Part shown: piece by piece, positions 25,707 to 39,174 of the stretch
Position numbering within the stretch: position 1 is the stretch's first letter
Layout of the letters: every line of letters starts with the position of its first letter
Origin: Microthyrium microscopicum
Taxonomy: Eukaryota
DNA length: 64,000 bases
Assembly (NCBI GenBank): GCA_010405405.1
Contig: MU004246.1
Coordinates: 186,001 to 250,000 of the forward strand
Reading direction: 5' to 3'
Made by a program: the position numbers and the translations under genes
Notes under the pieces: generated by a model
What the model saw: only the letters and a program-made list of their open reading frames with translations
Databases searched by the model: none
What the model was told of the DNA's origin: nothing

Positions 25707-27718
25707 TCATTCTAGGTGCAACCTCATCGGACGCACGATGAGGCCTTGGACGCCAAATATAGTTTTGAAGGGTCTTCCCTCATCTGACACATACGAGAAC
25801 CTTTTGTTGCGTTCTGCAGCTTCCAAGGACCGAATAACGCCATCGTTGTGGTCGTATATCAGATACGCAAGGGATAGCGCGTGTTGAAACCAAGGACTCG
25901 CCATGAGCCAAGTCCTATATCTCTGGTAAATCAATCCAATAGAAATCAAAACCCAGATAGTTCTCTCAAATTCATGGAACATGGCCTCTGCTTTCTGCGA
26001 AACCATGCGGAGAATGGTTCCAGCTTCGCTATCAAACCCAGCATTCAGCATAGCAGCAGCAAGCTCCATGAAAGTTTCCAACATTTGGAGGCTTTTCATG
26101 CTTTCTGGATCCCATGTACAGAACCTTGTAGCGGTCTCAAATGCTCTGACCGCAGCCTGGAAGGTTGGCACATTTGCGACAACTGCATCTTGCTTTTTGA
26201 ATAATCTAAGCAGTTCTGTGTGTGCTTGCAGATGCTGCATGGCGAACTCCACCGGGCGCTGCCTGCAGTGCTCGATGATAGTTTTGAGGAGTTCGTTAGT
26301 GTTGGAATCGGTGGTGCTGGAATGTGCTTGAGCCACTTTGATGGCGTTCTCGATTTTGGACGAGTCGCCACCCTCAAGTCGAATCGATTGGGAGAGTTGC
26401 TGAACGTGGTTACCTCGTGAAGAGATTCTTTTCTTTGACGCTTGTCGACCCGCATTCATAGGCGCTGTTGCTTCGTATGAGTCTTGTATCTCCTTCGCTC
26501 GAGATAGTAAGGCGAGAGCTTCTTTTTGGCGATTCCACCCATTCAAGAGTCCCACGACATCTAACACTAGCTGTCGGGTTCTTTTGTGCTCGAGACCAAA
26601 ACTTTTCACATGATGATGAAGTATGTCGTCAATGATTTTGTCTGCCTCAGAATCACGTTCCGACTCCACGTAAAGCGTTGCCAACTTCCAAGCCACAAGT
26701 ATCGTGTCTTCATGGGTAGCGCCGAAAATATAAGAGAGTCCAGCAAGGACATCCACAAGAAGATCCTCAGCCGAAGAGACCTGACCCTCTCGAAGAAAAT
26801 TCTCGGCAGTGGTTTTCATCTCCATAAGATCGGATGCACTATATCCCTCCCATCGGAGAGCGAGCAGCTCTGACACCGAACCCGACTCATCACTGTCCTC
26901 GGCAATGGGCTCTGGCGTTGATGCTGTTGAATCAACCGAGCTGGGTGCCTTTCGACGAGTGCCTGGCGAGTATGGTGCATTGCTTGCAGGAGTTTCATAC
27001 GAAATGCTGGCTGGTGTCTCCATGTCTGGCAGTAGCATTATTATTAGAAGATAAAATGTAAATGCATATGCGATGGACTCACCGAGCATTTCTACATCAG
27101 AGCTGGTCTTCTTTGAGCGCTTAGCACTGTTGGCAGCACGCTGCTTGTCGTATTGTAGTCCTCCGTATAAAAAGACGGTTTCTGATCCATCGTCACGCTT
27201 CCTCTGGTCCGCTTTTCTGACTATCCATTCTGCATGACGAGCTGGTAGATTTTTCTTCCACTTCCAGGCTCCAAATTGTTCTTTGTAAGCTTTTCGTCTA
27301 TACACCATGGTTAGGCAGAGTACCGAACAGACTATATCATTACTGACGAGGCAACAAATCCTCTTTCAGACATAATTTGCATTACATCTTCCAGTCGTTT
27401 GTTTTGTCTCAGCCAAAGCGTTTTCAACTCTTTTTTGCGGCCACTCCAATTCAGATCTTGATACTTCGATCGCAGCCCAGCGCTCGCAGACGCCTGCGAG
27501 GTACGCATTTGCCTAGCCTGAGCAGATGCGGTCAAAGCTATACGGTCATTGAAGCTTAGGAGATTAGAAGGCAAACCGGTTGAATATTCAGCCGCGGAGA
27601 TTGGAGCAGTCATGTTTGGTGGTGCTTCTGTGGCCTGTGGCTCGACCAAACGATTGACCGGACTGAAGAACAGAACAGGTGACGGCATAGCCCAACTTCG
27701 AGGTGAAGAGTCTTCCAT
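25707..27718 (-). CDS. Clr5-domain protein with helical (TPR-like) C-terminus
   Basis: Spliced W...KKELKTLWLRQNKRLEDVMQIMSERGFVAS-RKAYKEQFGAWKWKKNL matches the Clr5 pattern; GATHEDT and FGLEHKRT resemble kinesin-light-chain-type TPR motifs; two short introns at ~27300-27347 and ~27027-27082. Confidence 0.75.
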
Positions 27719-28001
27719 CGTGAATGAGTACTATCGGATGAAGTTGTAAGTCTGAAAACGCAAATTCTACTTTTCGAAAAGATTCTGGGAGGTAGAGGCC
27801 TGGGAGCTTCAGAAAGTTTGCTCCATACAGGCTTGATAGGCACAGCCTAGCGCACAGCTTGCCTACCTTACAAAGTACGAGGCACACCCCAGCCAACCCA
27901 ATAGTGAAGCTGGAGGCACGAAGAGACGCCACCAATGGTATGAGCCACCTGTCAGTCTCTAATTGGAATGGTTTCGTCGCCTGCTGTTTGACTACGAAGG
28001 T

Positions 28002-28032
28002 GTCGCAAAAGGTCGCAAAAGGTCGCAAAAGG
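28002..28032 (+). repeat. 10-bp tandem repeat x3 (GTCGCAAAAG)
   Basis: gtcgcaaaaggtcgcaaaaggtcgcaaaagg. Confidence 0.85.
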
Positions 28033-29079
28033 ATCAGGACAGCCTCAAGCGCTTGGCGCCATCAAGAGCCGATCACTTACCGTAGGGATGTGCTTAACTC
28101 ATCCTCCACCATTTGCCATCACCTGCATAAGCCCATGTTGAAATGCCCGTATGGTCCTCAAAAGTTCTCAAACAGATTCACAAATACTAAACCCATCTTT
28201 GTAGTACCATGTCATGTTACGCATCTGAACCTTCAAATGCCCAAAAGTTCCCAAAAGGACTTTGACAATAGGTCCATCGACTTCTTAGTATAATATTATT
28301 TTACACATTTGACCTCAAAAATGCCCAAAAGTTCTTCTCACTGCAAGGTCAAAGTATTTAAGCAGCTCGGTGTAACCAAGAACAAGGTAGTGAGTATCTG
28401 TATTTCCATATTTCATTATTATATCGTGGAGGTCGAATTCAATTACGAGCTGTTCTGTAAATATGGAGACTTTTCTTCTCAGCGGAATCCAGTCTGGCTG
28501 CGATTCAGACTGCGGGCCGAGTCATCATCCCGCACAGCTGCTCTTCCACGAAACAAGCATTGAAAGGACCGTAAGTTTGGAATGAGGCTACTTTCACGAT
28601 ATTTTGCTTACGAGAATCGGGAGGAGGATACCGTTGACCTCAATGTACCATCTCGTGAAGGACATGATAACGAAGCGATCTTAAACCGTGATTGGGTCAC
28701 GAACAACGGCAATTTTGAAGATCAAGATGTTAGCGTTGCGGTCGATAAAGTTCCAGCCACTCAACTCACGGCAGTACAACTATGGCTACTCAGCCCGATG
28801 AAAAACGAACCATATAACAATATTGCGGCTGTAAAGCTTCGGTCCAGGCCGTCGGGTGAAAAACATGGATGTGGGGGAAGCGAACAAATCAGCGAAGGGA
28901 TTCTGGGTGGGGATGACCGGTGAACAGATGGAGGGATTAAATATCAGGCTGTGGCTCGAACCAACAGGATTAATGTGCATGCATCTTCTGCTTCCATAAC
29001 TTCAGAGTTCGACAGCATAGCAGTTAGTCGAAATATCATTACCGATTTCATACTTCTTCCCATATTTCAAAATTCTAGT

Positions 29080-31633
29080 ATGAGAGATCTGAAAGTCGGC
29101 ATGAACAGGAAGTCGGTTTCGATTCCACGTCTTAAGTTCTCACAGATTTCACAGAACCTCCCAAACCTGCAGAACACAAAGATATGCTTTACGTCCAGTG
29201 AGGACGAATCTGAGGAAATCGAAGAAAGACGGGACAGGCTGTTGGCGCAGAGCGAGGCTTCAAGTCCGTCTTGCACAGCAGATGAACAACTTGAGGATCA
29301 AGACGACGAATCACACACATCAAACAATGAGCCAGACATCTTTGACTTTTCGGATCTGGACGCGTCCGAAGGAGAGCAAGACACAGCAGACAAGCAAGAT
29401 CCATTTGCTGCCATTCTTGATTCCGCATTACCCGAACACGGGGAAGGTGAACTATGCGAGTTACACACCTTCAACAGCCTACTGAACGGCCAAGGCCAGC
29501 GCATAGCGTTGAAAGCTGGTAACAGGGTATTTGGAGATATACACCCAGAAGAATCATCCAAAGCAGCTCTTGTTCTGACCAGAGTGTTCTCCGTGACAAA
29601 ATCCCTCCAGGAAACAGTTCTGGAAGTCCGCTCGCCATACATCAAAAGAGCACTGCGCGATGTCATTGAAAGCTATCCCGGAGTCAATATTGGAACGACC
29701 GGTCACATCGTCATCAGGGACGAACCTCGTTGCCTTTTCCACTATCGCGAGGAGCTTCGAGGATACATGCTGAAATCTGACAGCCCCAAAGTCAAAGAAC
29801 ATGTAGAGTTCTGCCTGCAATATCTCGAAAGAACGCTACTACCCCAAATGGCGAGTTATGTATCAATGATGACGGACAATCTCAAAGAGGCTGGAATCGA
29901 CTTTGATAATCTTTGGATGGTTTTCAAGCCCGGGGATCTTGTTTATCAGATGGTGCAAGGCCATCCTCTAGTCTCAAGACTGAAGAGTGTGCAGAAATAC
30001 GAACAAGGACAAGCTTTGTGGGTGCTTAGCTCAGAACGCCTGATTTGCGATGGCACGAAATTCGGTTTCCAAGGGCACATGATCAAGGTTGATCAATATG
30101 AAGGGTTCAAAAGACTTATCGATCTTGACGTGTTCCCATTCAGGCATCATCCACAACATGATGTTCTCAGGGATGAGCTGATAGCAAGGGGACGACGATA
30201 TACTTCGCTCATTGGAATTCATTACAAGACATTCAACGGCATGGCTGTAATCCCGCCGACCAGTCAACAGAACTTAATGGCAACGCAACAGCAAATCCAG
30301 CTACAGCAGCAGGCGATGACCTACCCCAACGGCATGAAATATGCCCCTGCATATAACCCTCCCATAGTATGGGGTGTTTTTGATCAGAGTGGCTGGCTCA
30401 AGGTTAGTCTATGATTGTGGAGTATTCGGATGCCAGCCTAGCCGCTAAGACTTCATCTAGATCAAGGAGCGAGTTATTCTGGATAACGAACACTACGTAA
30501 GCAACGTTAGGTCTACACCGGTCACTTTTCTTCCATACTCCTCACAGTTTACTCCCATCACCGATGTACCTCTAAAGATACCTGATGAAGATTTGATTGT
30601 ATCAGACTTCAGGGTACCTGGATACGCTCTGACAACAAAGAAGTGGCTCTTTTTCCACGTTGACTCCATCCACGATGTATCTTTCAACAAAGGCGCCTTT
30701 AAAAACCTGGTGCTGCCGAGGGACAAGAAGCGGATGATTTCCTCCCTTGTCCGGCAAAAGCCCGAAGACATCAAATTCGACGATCTCATTCGCGGAAAAG
30801 GAAAAGGACTTATTTTCCTGTTGTATGGGGAGCCTGGAGTTGGTAAAACATATACTGGAGGTTTGTTGATGTACCCCGACTGCGTTTTGCAATCATGTTC
30901 ATTGAAATATAGAAAGTATTGCCGATCACACTCAACGGCCACTATTATCTTTGAATGTCGGTGACCTCCCTATGATCAGCGAAAGGCTTGAATCGAACCT
31001 GTCATCCTCTCTAGAGCTAGCCACAAGATGGAATGCTCTTGTGCTCATTGACGAATGTGACGTATTTATGGAAGCACGGAGCCAGCGGGAGATTGTGAGA
31101 AATGAGCTGGTTTCTGGTAAGTGGTCTCGCGACAATTTTACATGGCTGACTTTTCCGTAGTTTTCCTTCGTAAGCTCGAGTATTTCGAAGGAATCATGTT
31201 TCTCACCACCAACAGAATCGAGTCTATTGATTCGGCTTTCAAATCTCGAATCCATCTATCGATTGCATATCCCAAGCTCGATATGAACTCAAGAAGGAAA
31301 CTTTGGACATCATTTGTAGTTGCTGGATCAGATGGACAATGCCCAACCTGGATGAACGAAGGTTTCTTGGACCTAGTCTCTGAGGTGGAGATAAATGGAA
31401 GACAAATCAGAAATATCGTTCGTATTGCAAAGTCTTTGGCCGTAAAGAAGAAGCGAGGATTAATACCCAAGGACTTATACTCCGGCTTAGATGCGTTGAA
31501 GTCGTTTGAAGTCGACTTTCAGCGCGCAGTCTCGAAGAGACGTCTTTCGATTGATGCAGAAGAGAGGCCGAAGAAGCGAGCTAGAGCGGAAAAACAGACC
31601 AATAACTCTGAGGCAGGCTGTATAGGTAAATAG
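29080..31633 (+). CDS. Fungal AAA+ ATPase with long N-terminal domain (start approximate)
   Basis: FDNLWMVFKPGDLV; FDDLIRGKGKGLIFLLYGEPGVGKT (Walker A); VLIDECDVF (Walker B); FLRKLEYFEGIMFLTTNR..IDSAFKSRIH; NGRQIRN; introns ~30403-30460, 30861-30912, ~31118-31160. Confidence 0.88.
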
Positions 31634-32510
31634 TACTTATTACGATTTCGAAAATAGATTTAGACTCCTTTGTGCTTTTCTACTCCATTGGAGGCAGGCA
31701 TGGAGACAAGTCTCTTTGTTACATATCGACACTTTCGACTTCAAAGCCATCAAGTCTTCTCAGGTATGAAGGATTCTGCAAGCGGGTGGCACTCAAGAAA
31801 CATTAAGGTAGACATGACACTACGAAATCTAACAGGACCGGCGTGAAACACTGCTGATCAGTAATCAAGCTTTCGCAAGACTCAAATTGGAGTAGCGAGT
31901 TGAGGACTTGATAGTCCTTGCTACGAGAGTACCCATCTTTTAACAGGAGAATGAACAGCTTCTACGACCGACTCCTTTTGATGCTTGCTAAGTCGCTTGC
32001 AATCAACTGCTATCGCCTAGGAATACACCCGCACCTTCCTGTCGTTTGATTTTATCATTGGATATTGTACCACCGTGCATCCAAGCAAATCTGAGAGCTA
32101 GCTCATCTGCTCGTGGTTATTGACATCCTTGAGCCGCGGTACGAAGACAATTATCTCAAAGTCTAGGACGCTTGTGGTGGTGGGTCTATCTTCATTCCAG
32201 CCGGCTATATCGTTCGAAAGTCCAGTCCCCCAAATGGTCTTGCAATTTCTGAAATGACGGCATGTCGGAAGTGTAGTCATATATGTACTGACTAAGCAAG
32301 TATTGCACAGAACTGTAGCTACCTACACCAGTTCAGCTCTGGTCGACTGTGACTGCGCGAGCTGGCAGGTGGAATTAGGTCAGTGGTGCATTTTCAACCT
32401 CTTGATCAAGTCTCTGATTCTTGATTTCCTCCCTTGGCTGGCAATAAGATCTGTAACATAACCTGTTGTTGGAAGTCTTCGGTAGTCTTTGTTAGCAGAC
32501 AGGGACATTA

Positions 32511-34132
32511 TCACGATAAGTGAAACATGTGTAACCTGGGGTAATGAAGTCAGTTCAAGCTCTGAGAATAATCTTATGACTTACCAGTTGAAAGGAACAG
32601 CACAACCGTCGGTCATGTGTGCTCCAATTTCAGCTGCCGCACGAAGCGCAGCACCATCGCCAATCATGACCAATGTCTCTGCGGCATACATCCTAGCAGG
32701 CATTGGAACTACTGCATTTCGTCCAACCGAGGTGAGAGGCCAGATGTACCCAGACATGGTCAAAGGATTCAGCTTGCTTTGCTTGTTCAAGATCGGTTCT
32801 CGAACAAACTGTGGTACACTGGCGAGAATGTCTTTCGCCATGATCCGCACATTTTCAATCGCTATTGCAGTGAGATCTTCCCATGAGCGACCCCATTCTT
32901 CAGGCGGTGAAATGTCTGGATCATACTGCGCCAGAGCCGATTGTTGGTAGATTGCTTCGTTCAGAAGCAGACGAGTCATGCGAAGTGAGTTCCACGTCTT
33001 CGCAGTCCTGCTATTGGGATATCGGTGGACGGGACCTCCTCCTTCATAGTACGTGCCCTCAACAGCCTTTTCTGGCGCTATAGCCTCAAAATCAAGCTCA
33101 GTCGGCAACACGTCTGCGGTGGCTGCAGCGTGGGCGTCCAGATCCAATGCCAAAGTGACCATTTCCAAAGGTGTGTCGAGGCCAGGAGTTGATTCCATGA
33201 CCTGCAACTTGATGAAGCCATCCAAAACTGGCCACATTGCCATCAAAAGGTGCTGACCCAACATTGGTATCGCCAGCTTGTCGAGCGCAACCAGAGCTTT
33301 GGGAAGTGGGATTCCATGCTGAGCGCAGTTGACACGAATGTTCTGGCCGATATGCATGTACATGCGCTTCGCTGCTTCGTTCTCAAGTGAGGCTGGTCCG
33401 CGAACCTTGAGTAAGGCGAGTGCGCCTTGAATGTGCACATTCCATTTCTCCATGGATACTTGGCCTTCCAGCGCAATGCTTTCGAACAGACTCAATAGTA
33501 GTGTTGAGGCCAGTGTAGCATCGGATGTCGCTTCTCCGGTTGTCAAAGCGGACTTGGTCTGTCTAAGAGCTTTACTGTAGAATTGACGAGCAATTTGCAT
33601 CAAATCGCCATCGCGTCTTTCTCTGGACAGATTTGCGAGAGCGACAGCCTGTGTCGAATATAGGATTGCATCAGAGTTGATATTCTGCTTGTATACTGAG
33701 GGAAGATATTCGAAGCTGCTTAGCGGGACATATGCTTCCATGAATGATGCGAATGCTATGTCCTGGGGTGGGATTGAGATGACCATTGAAAAGTCAGGTG
33801 GAGATTGACTAGAATATAAAGATAGGTCGCCGATTCCGTCTAGAGATGTACTCCTTTTGGCTACAACGTCAAGACGCGGTGGGGGTTTGGCATCGTGTGT
33901 AACTTTATTGACCACGGCCTGGGTTTGATCTCGGAAGCTCAAGTCCAGCTGATTCCTGTAGCCAGAGCATTGCATTGACTTTCTCTTACACTGACTGCAA
34001 GACGGTTCCAGCTTATCACACTGTATATCATTAGGATTTATCAGCGCAATGAGGTAGAAGCTGCTCGCTAACCTTGATTCGGCGCTTTCGACAGGGCTCG
34101 CAAGCCTGTGATGGCTTCCCGCAATACACCAT
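32511..34132 (-). CDS. Zn(II)2Cys6 transcription factor (3 exons)
   Basis: MVYCGKPSQACEPCRKRRIK|CDKLEPSCSQCKRKSMQCSGYR..LSFRDQT with intron ~34072-34023; HIQGALALLKVRG; last exon WLHMFHLS* (TGA 32513-32511). Confidence 0.88.
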
Positions 34133-34766
34133 GAGACTGGATAGGAGACAGAAGGAAAGCTGTTTAAAGTTGGTGATGCCAAGTTATATCTCTCTCCATT
34201 GATGGTATTTAGGCTCGTGCCTTAACATGGATAAGGATAACGACGCTTTCAGGCATCACTTTAAGGACTGCGGTGATGCATTAGCAGCTCGGATGTGGGC
34301 ACCGTGTGAGGGCGCAGTTTATTTCCGACACGGATTCAACCACTATTCCCTGACTTCAGTACGTATCGTCAGATTCATTTCTAAGTCGATCCCAAGCTTG
34401 AGCCTCTTAGGCCCAGATGTAGACCATGTCCTGCCTTTAAACCACGAGCGGCCCGAAAACACAGTCGTTTTCTTTTTCAAAATATTGGGTACAGCTACAC
34501 TCAGAAACATGCGAAAAGTTTGAAAAAACCAAACTAGGACTGAAGTACTCTTGCAGGATTACAATATAAATTCTATGCCTGGTGGTATTGCCACGAAAAC
34601 TAGCAAAATCAAATAGTGACTTTGGAGCACAAGCTCATTAGACCTAGCATCTTAAGCAGCTTATGTTGAGCATGTTATGTCACGATTTATGAAGTGTATT
34701 AATTATTTGGATATACGAATAATAGCTTGCGGCAATGAGTACCTAGTTGAACCTGTTAGTACCTGC

Positions 34767-36113
34767 TCAAGGGTTTGCGACCGAATGATCACTCCCACTC
34801 TCATCTCCATTCTCGTCTCCGTCTTCATCTTCGTCCTCATCTTCATTTTCAACTTCATTTTCATCTCCGCTATCCGAACTCGCATCTTGATCTTCACCCA
34901 TTGGACTGGCATCTTGATCTTGACCATTTGGGTTCGCATCCTCGTCATTCGACTCAGCATCGTGATTGTTTGGCTCGGGACCAGGTCGCCTAGTAATGTC
35001 CGGACCCTTCGACTTTGATGGTGCCTTCCATGATCCATGCTTGATCTTCTTGTTCGTAATGCCTTGGCGTTGAAGAAATCCGTTGACCCATCCAGTCGAA
35101 AACACAGCTCTGTCCCCTGACATTGTACCCTCCGCAATCTCCTTCTCATACACTATTGGCCATAGGCGCAGTGCCTCTTGACCAAACCACGCAGGGGAGA
35201 TTCTATGATTCTTCAGCTTTTTGTAGCTCTCGAAGACGGCAGTTTCTAGCGCAGGATAGTGTCGACGCGACGAGTCTGCAGTTTTAATCCGTCGAGACGT
35301 GCTTTTGGTCTTGGCGATCTCATCTCGATGTTTCCACCACCTTGCGACTGTACTTGAAGATATGTTGAATTGGTTTCCCGCTTCTATAAGTGTGGCTGGC
35401 CGATAGTATAGTTGCTTTTCCTCGTCTAGCTGGTAGGTGAGCCCTTCGGCCAGTCGTACTTTTTGCTCATTAGTCTCGAATGGTTTGATGTAGATCTTTT
35501 GTTCGGTGATCCATAATAGGACCTTCTTGCGCATTCTCAACGTCGTTACACCACGAGCTCTTTTCGGTTTGGGTTTACTTGGCTGTGGCTGGCTCGGGTT
35601 ATAGGCTATTCCTGCTGTCTTTGAGAATGCTCTAGGATATTGCGCCGCCACGCCCATCTGCTTTTGTATATTGACTAGTGGAGGTCGGTATTGTTGGGCT
35701 TGCGTTATTTGCGGATGTTGAGGGTGTGGAGGGTTTTGCGCATATTGTGTATAATGCGTTGGAGGAGGGTGCGGTTGCTGAGGATGGACTCCCTGTTGTT
35801 GCGAGTGATGCTGAGGCGGGTACATCGATGGATGCATATTCGTTCCATGTGGAGGCGCAAACTGATGTGGATGGTGGCCCATTCTTTTCATCTCTTCTGC
35901 TTGTATGTAATGAATCAAAGGCTGGGTCTGAGCCATTCTGTTTACGCCTTCTTGAGTATGCGAATGAGCTTGTGGTCGAATAGGCGGTAAACTGTTCGTT
36001 TGCATGTGTGCCGGTATTTGAGGATGATGCGATGGAGGACGAGGCTGTATAGCTCTTGGTTCTTTTTGTCCTGGCGCGCCGTTCGGCTTGAGCTGAGTGG
36101 GATTAGTAGCCAT
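34767..36113 (-). CDS. CENP-B/Tc5(pogo)-type HTH DNA-binding protein with Q/P/H-rich N-terminus and acidic tail; no DDE domain
   Basis: TLRMRKKVLLW..., EAGNQFNISSSTVARWWKHRDEI (HTH), YPALETAVF..Y, ISPAWFGQEA.RLW, VFSTGWVNGFLQRQGI (CENP-B HTH signature); intronless; ATG 36113. Confidence 0.75.
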   Translation of the reverse strand: MATNPTQLKPNGAPGQKEPRAIQPRPPSHHPQIPAHMQTNSLPPIRPQAHSHTQEGVNRMAQTQPLIHYIQAEEMKRMGHHPHQFAPPHGTNMHPSMYPPQHHSQQQGVHPQQPHPPPTHYTQYAQNPPHPQHPQITQAQQYRPPLVNIQKQMGVAAQYPRAFSKTAGIAYNPSQPQPSKPKPKRARGVTTLRMRKKVLLWITEQKIYIKPFETNEQKVRLAEGLTYQLDEEKQLYYRPATLIEAGNQFNISSSTVARWWKHRDEIAKTKSTSRRIKTADSSRRHYPALETAVFESYKKLKNHRISPAWFGQEALRLWPIVYEKEIAEGTMSGDRAVFSTGWVNGFLQRQGITNKKIKHGSWKAPSKSKGPDITRRPGPEPNNHDAESNDEDANPNGQDQDASPMGEDQDASSDSGDENEVENEDEDEDEDGDENGDESGSDHSVANP

Positions 36114-37277
36114 GATATTAGCTCTTTGAAGTTCTGTCAATCGACAGGCGATGTCAATTGAAGAAGACCGTACGAGAACAATGACCACCAGCTCCTATCG
36201 TAAGCAAGAGACTTGTCAAGTTTTCCTTGAAGGATATCGTGGGACCCGATGCGCGCGGTCCTTCAAAACAACAAAGCTAACGCAAAAACTCGATGCAGAT
36301 TCATGGATACGCTACGGCTTGATGCGCCAATGATACTGTGATAATACTGGAAGTGGCGTTTGAAAATACGCCTCGATGACAGTTGTCCAGTAAAACTCTC
36401 TGTGGCGTCTTTAGCTTGCTACCGTCTACAGAGAAAATGGAAATGCTACCCATACTCAGGGGTAAGATGCTCAAGCTCGGAGCATTTCAATTCAAGGTTC
36501 TGAGTTTCTAAGCTCTCAGCCTCATACCCCTTCCTCGATCTGATCATTCTGATGGAAAACATCTTGTTGGTTGAGTGATAATGGGTGAAGATGAAGAGAG
36601 TAGGTCAATGAAAGGCATAGACTCATCAGCCTACATAACACTATATCAAGTCGACGCTCGTTATTCCCGACAGCGAAGTGGTGTTCCCTGCCACGGCGAA
36701 GTGTATGCTCAATTGGGTCTAGCAGCTGTCACAACGTTTAAGCCTTGCGCCCATGTGCAGATAGGTATGCAGATGATAGATCAACCACCATCTTTAGGCT
36801 CAACATTTCAAGCTTCTCAGCATTATCAGCACCAATGACATGACAGCCTTGCTACGCGACTGCAGGACAAATAGCGAGGTGTTCGTTTCCTACAGGCACT
36901 GCCACGATTATGGCACAAAGTCGTGTTTGATTCGCATGCAATGGCTTGACTGGTTCAAAACTAACTTCAAGTTATGATTCCTGCCATGCCTAATCCCACA
37001 AGGCTACGGTGAAGAGGCTCCCTTCAATGTGGCTTTCCATTCACGACCCATTCCCAAAGCGGGTCTCACATCGCCAATTCTATTTCGGTAGGAGTAAACA
37101 ACGTGTGTGCCAGAGAGTCATGGAGAAGTATAAAACTGTTTTACTCGCCACGTCTATGTTCATAGTATCAATTCACAGACACCATAGAACAATACATTGA
37201 AACCGTTTCTTAACTTTCTCATCACCAACCAAGAGAGTATATTTGTTCAAAGTCCAAACTCACAAAGATCAGCAACG

Positions 37278-38206
37278 ATGCATATCGATTCAAGAGGTTG
37301 GCTCTCTGTTGCCGAACTGGTTCTTTTCACACCTTCTCTTATCGTCTCCGCAATAGTCTGCTCAAGACATGGTTTTGGTCGAGCTTCGGGCTGGATATAC
37401 ACTCTGATTCTCTGTCTTGTCATAATTATCGGCGCTAGCTGCCAATTAGCCACATACTCCAACCCATCCGAAAACCTCTACGAAGCTGTCATCATAATCG
37501 ACTCTATTGGTCTATCGCCTCTACTCTTCGCAACTCTAGGGCTGCTTTCGAGATTGTAAGTAACTTTCTTCAGCTCACGTATGATAACCAAGCTAATTGG
37601 AACAGAGCGGATCAAATCAATGCTAGTAGAGAAGACGGCCCATTCCGAACACAATATTTTCGCGTTATTCAACTCCTCGTCACCATCGGCGTGATCCTAG
37701 CCATTGTCGGAGGAACCAGCGGAAACGTCAACGCCGATGGTACAACTCAAGTCGCATCGGAAAGCAAAGCCGCTATCATCGTCCTCATCGTCGCATTCGT
37801 CGCAATCTGTGCTCTATGGCTGTTCACCTTGAAGTATCAATCTTCTCTTTCCAGCAGCGAGCGACGTGTCTCTCTTGCAGTTCAACTTTCTCTGCCTTTG
37901 ATTGCCGTCCGATTGGCATATTCCGCGCTCAAGGTCTTCCTACATAACAGTACCTTCAATTCTATAACTGGATCGGTTGCGGCACAAGCGGGAATGGCAA
38001 TTGTTGAAGAATTTATTGTTGTCTGGATCTATCTAGCCCTCGGCTTCATGCTGGAAACTTTGCAACCGCATCAGCAAGGCGAGATTGCTCAGCGGTCTTG
38101 GGGCAATAGAAAGTCGGAAAGACCTCAACGGTCTCAGAACTCTCGAGGTGGACTGGCCGCTTACAAGGGTGGATTGATTAGAGGCACACTTGCGCAATTC
38201 AGGTAG
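37278..38206 (+). CDS. Fungal multi-pass membrane protein of unknown function (2 exons)
   Basis: AELVLF.PSL..SAIVCSRHGFGRASGWIY, SIGLSPLLFATLGLLSR, LPLIAVRLAYS, MAIVEEFIVV; intron ~37556-37605. Confidence 0.75.
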
Positions 38207-39174
38207 ACACATCAGAGCCTACAGCAGGCATGATATGCACCGGTACTCTGGCTAGTCTAGCATTATCCGTCAGGCTGTTTTGGTCTCGAACAAGTTCAGG
38301 GTGTGTGATGCTCGTTTCATGGAGTTCTCAATATAGGGCTTTTTGAGGATTATCGGAGTCGTTTGCAGCGACTTTGTGGTTTACAAATCGATTTCGAATC
38401 GGAATCATAGCATAACTGTAGTATTAATGACAATTTATGATCGCATCAACTACGCGAGACATTGATTACAACAAGTGGTATCTTACATGACTTGTGTTCC
38501 TCCCCGAAGCATATTTTCAACAATTCTACCACGGCGGAAGTTTAGTGCGGCATGAAAAGGCTATCGATTACTAATCTCTTACACCCGGTTATCGAGTACG
38601 ATGATAATAAAAGCAGTCACTCTTTAAGAAGTGTTATGGCTGCTCTCGTAATCGATGGGAGCTTCATCCAAACTGCTCACTTATTTTGTCCCTGGAGAGC
38701 AATATCTTACGATGCATTCGCGAGGAATTGTGTGAGCATCGAATAGAACGCAAATTGGCCATGAATATCAACTCATTTGTGCACCCAAGCCAAAGCTTTA
38801 TACTCCTTTGGAATCAGACGCCTGTAAGATGGTCAACACTTAGTCAAGAAAGGAGTGATTAGTAGCAAGGTTGTCTTGCCGCATGAATCAAACATAATTG
38901 ACTATTAAAGCGCGATGTGACTTTGACATAAGTACGAGATATCAATCTAAGTCATCACTGATATTTACGGAAGAAACCATGACCCGAAGACATCACATAG
39001 AAACCGCGATACCGGAAGTCGATTTAACCTTAGAGTATGTTTTGGACACTTGAAATGATGAAAGGCCGCTACTCACATCCCCAAATCACCCCAGTTCCTC
39101 TCATATATAGAGCCCGCTTCAACCCCTTAACCCCTTTTATCCCTGAGCACAGTACCTACGACTTTATAAACGAA

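Noticed and set aside
28159..28334. Repeat-spacer pattern as a CRISPR-like array
   Set aside because: Eukaryotic context, only 2-3 short imperfect repeats, and no cas genes.
38552..38746. 64-aa ORF starting MKRLSITNLL
   Set aside because: Only a short suggestive motif; no other coding evidence.
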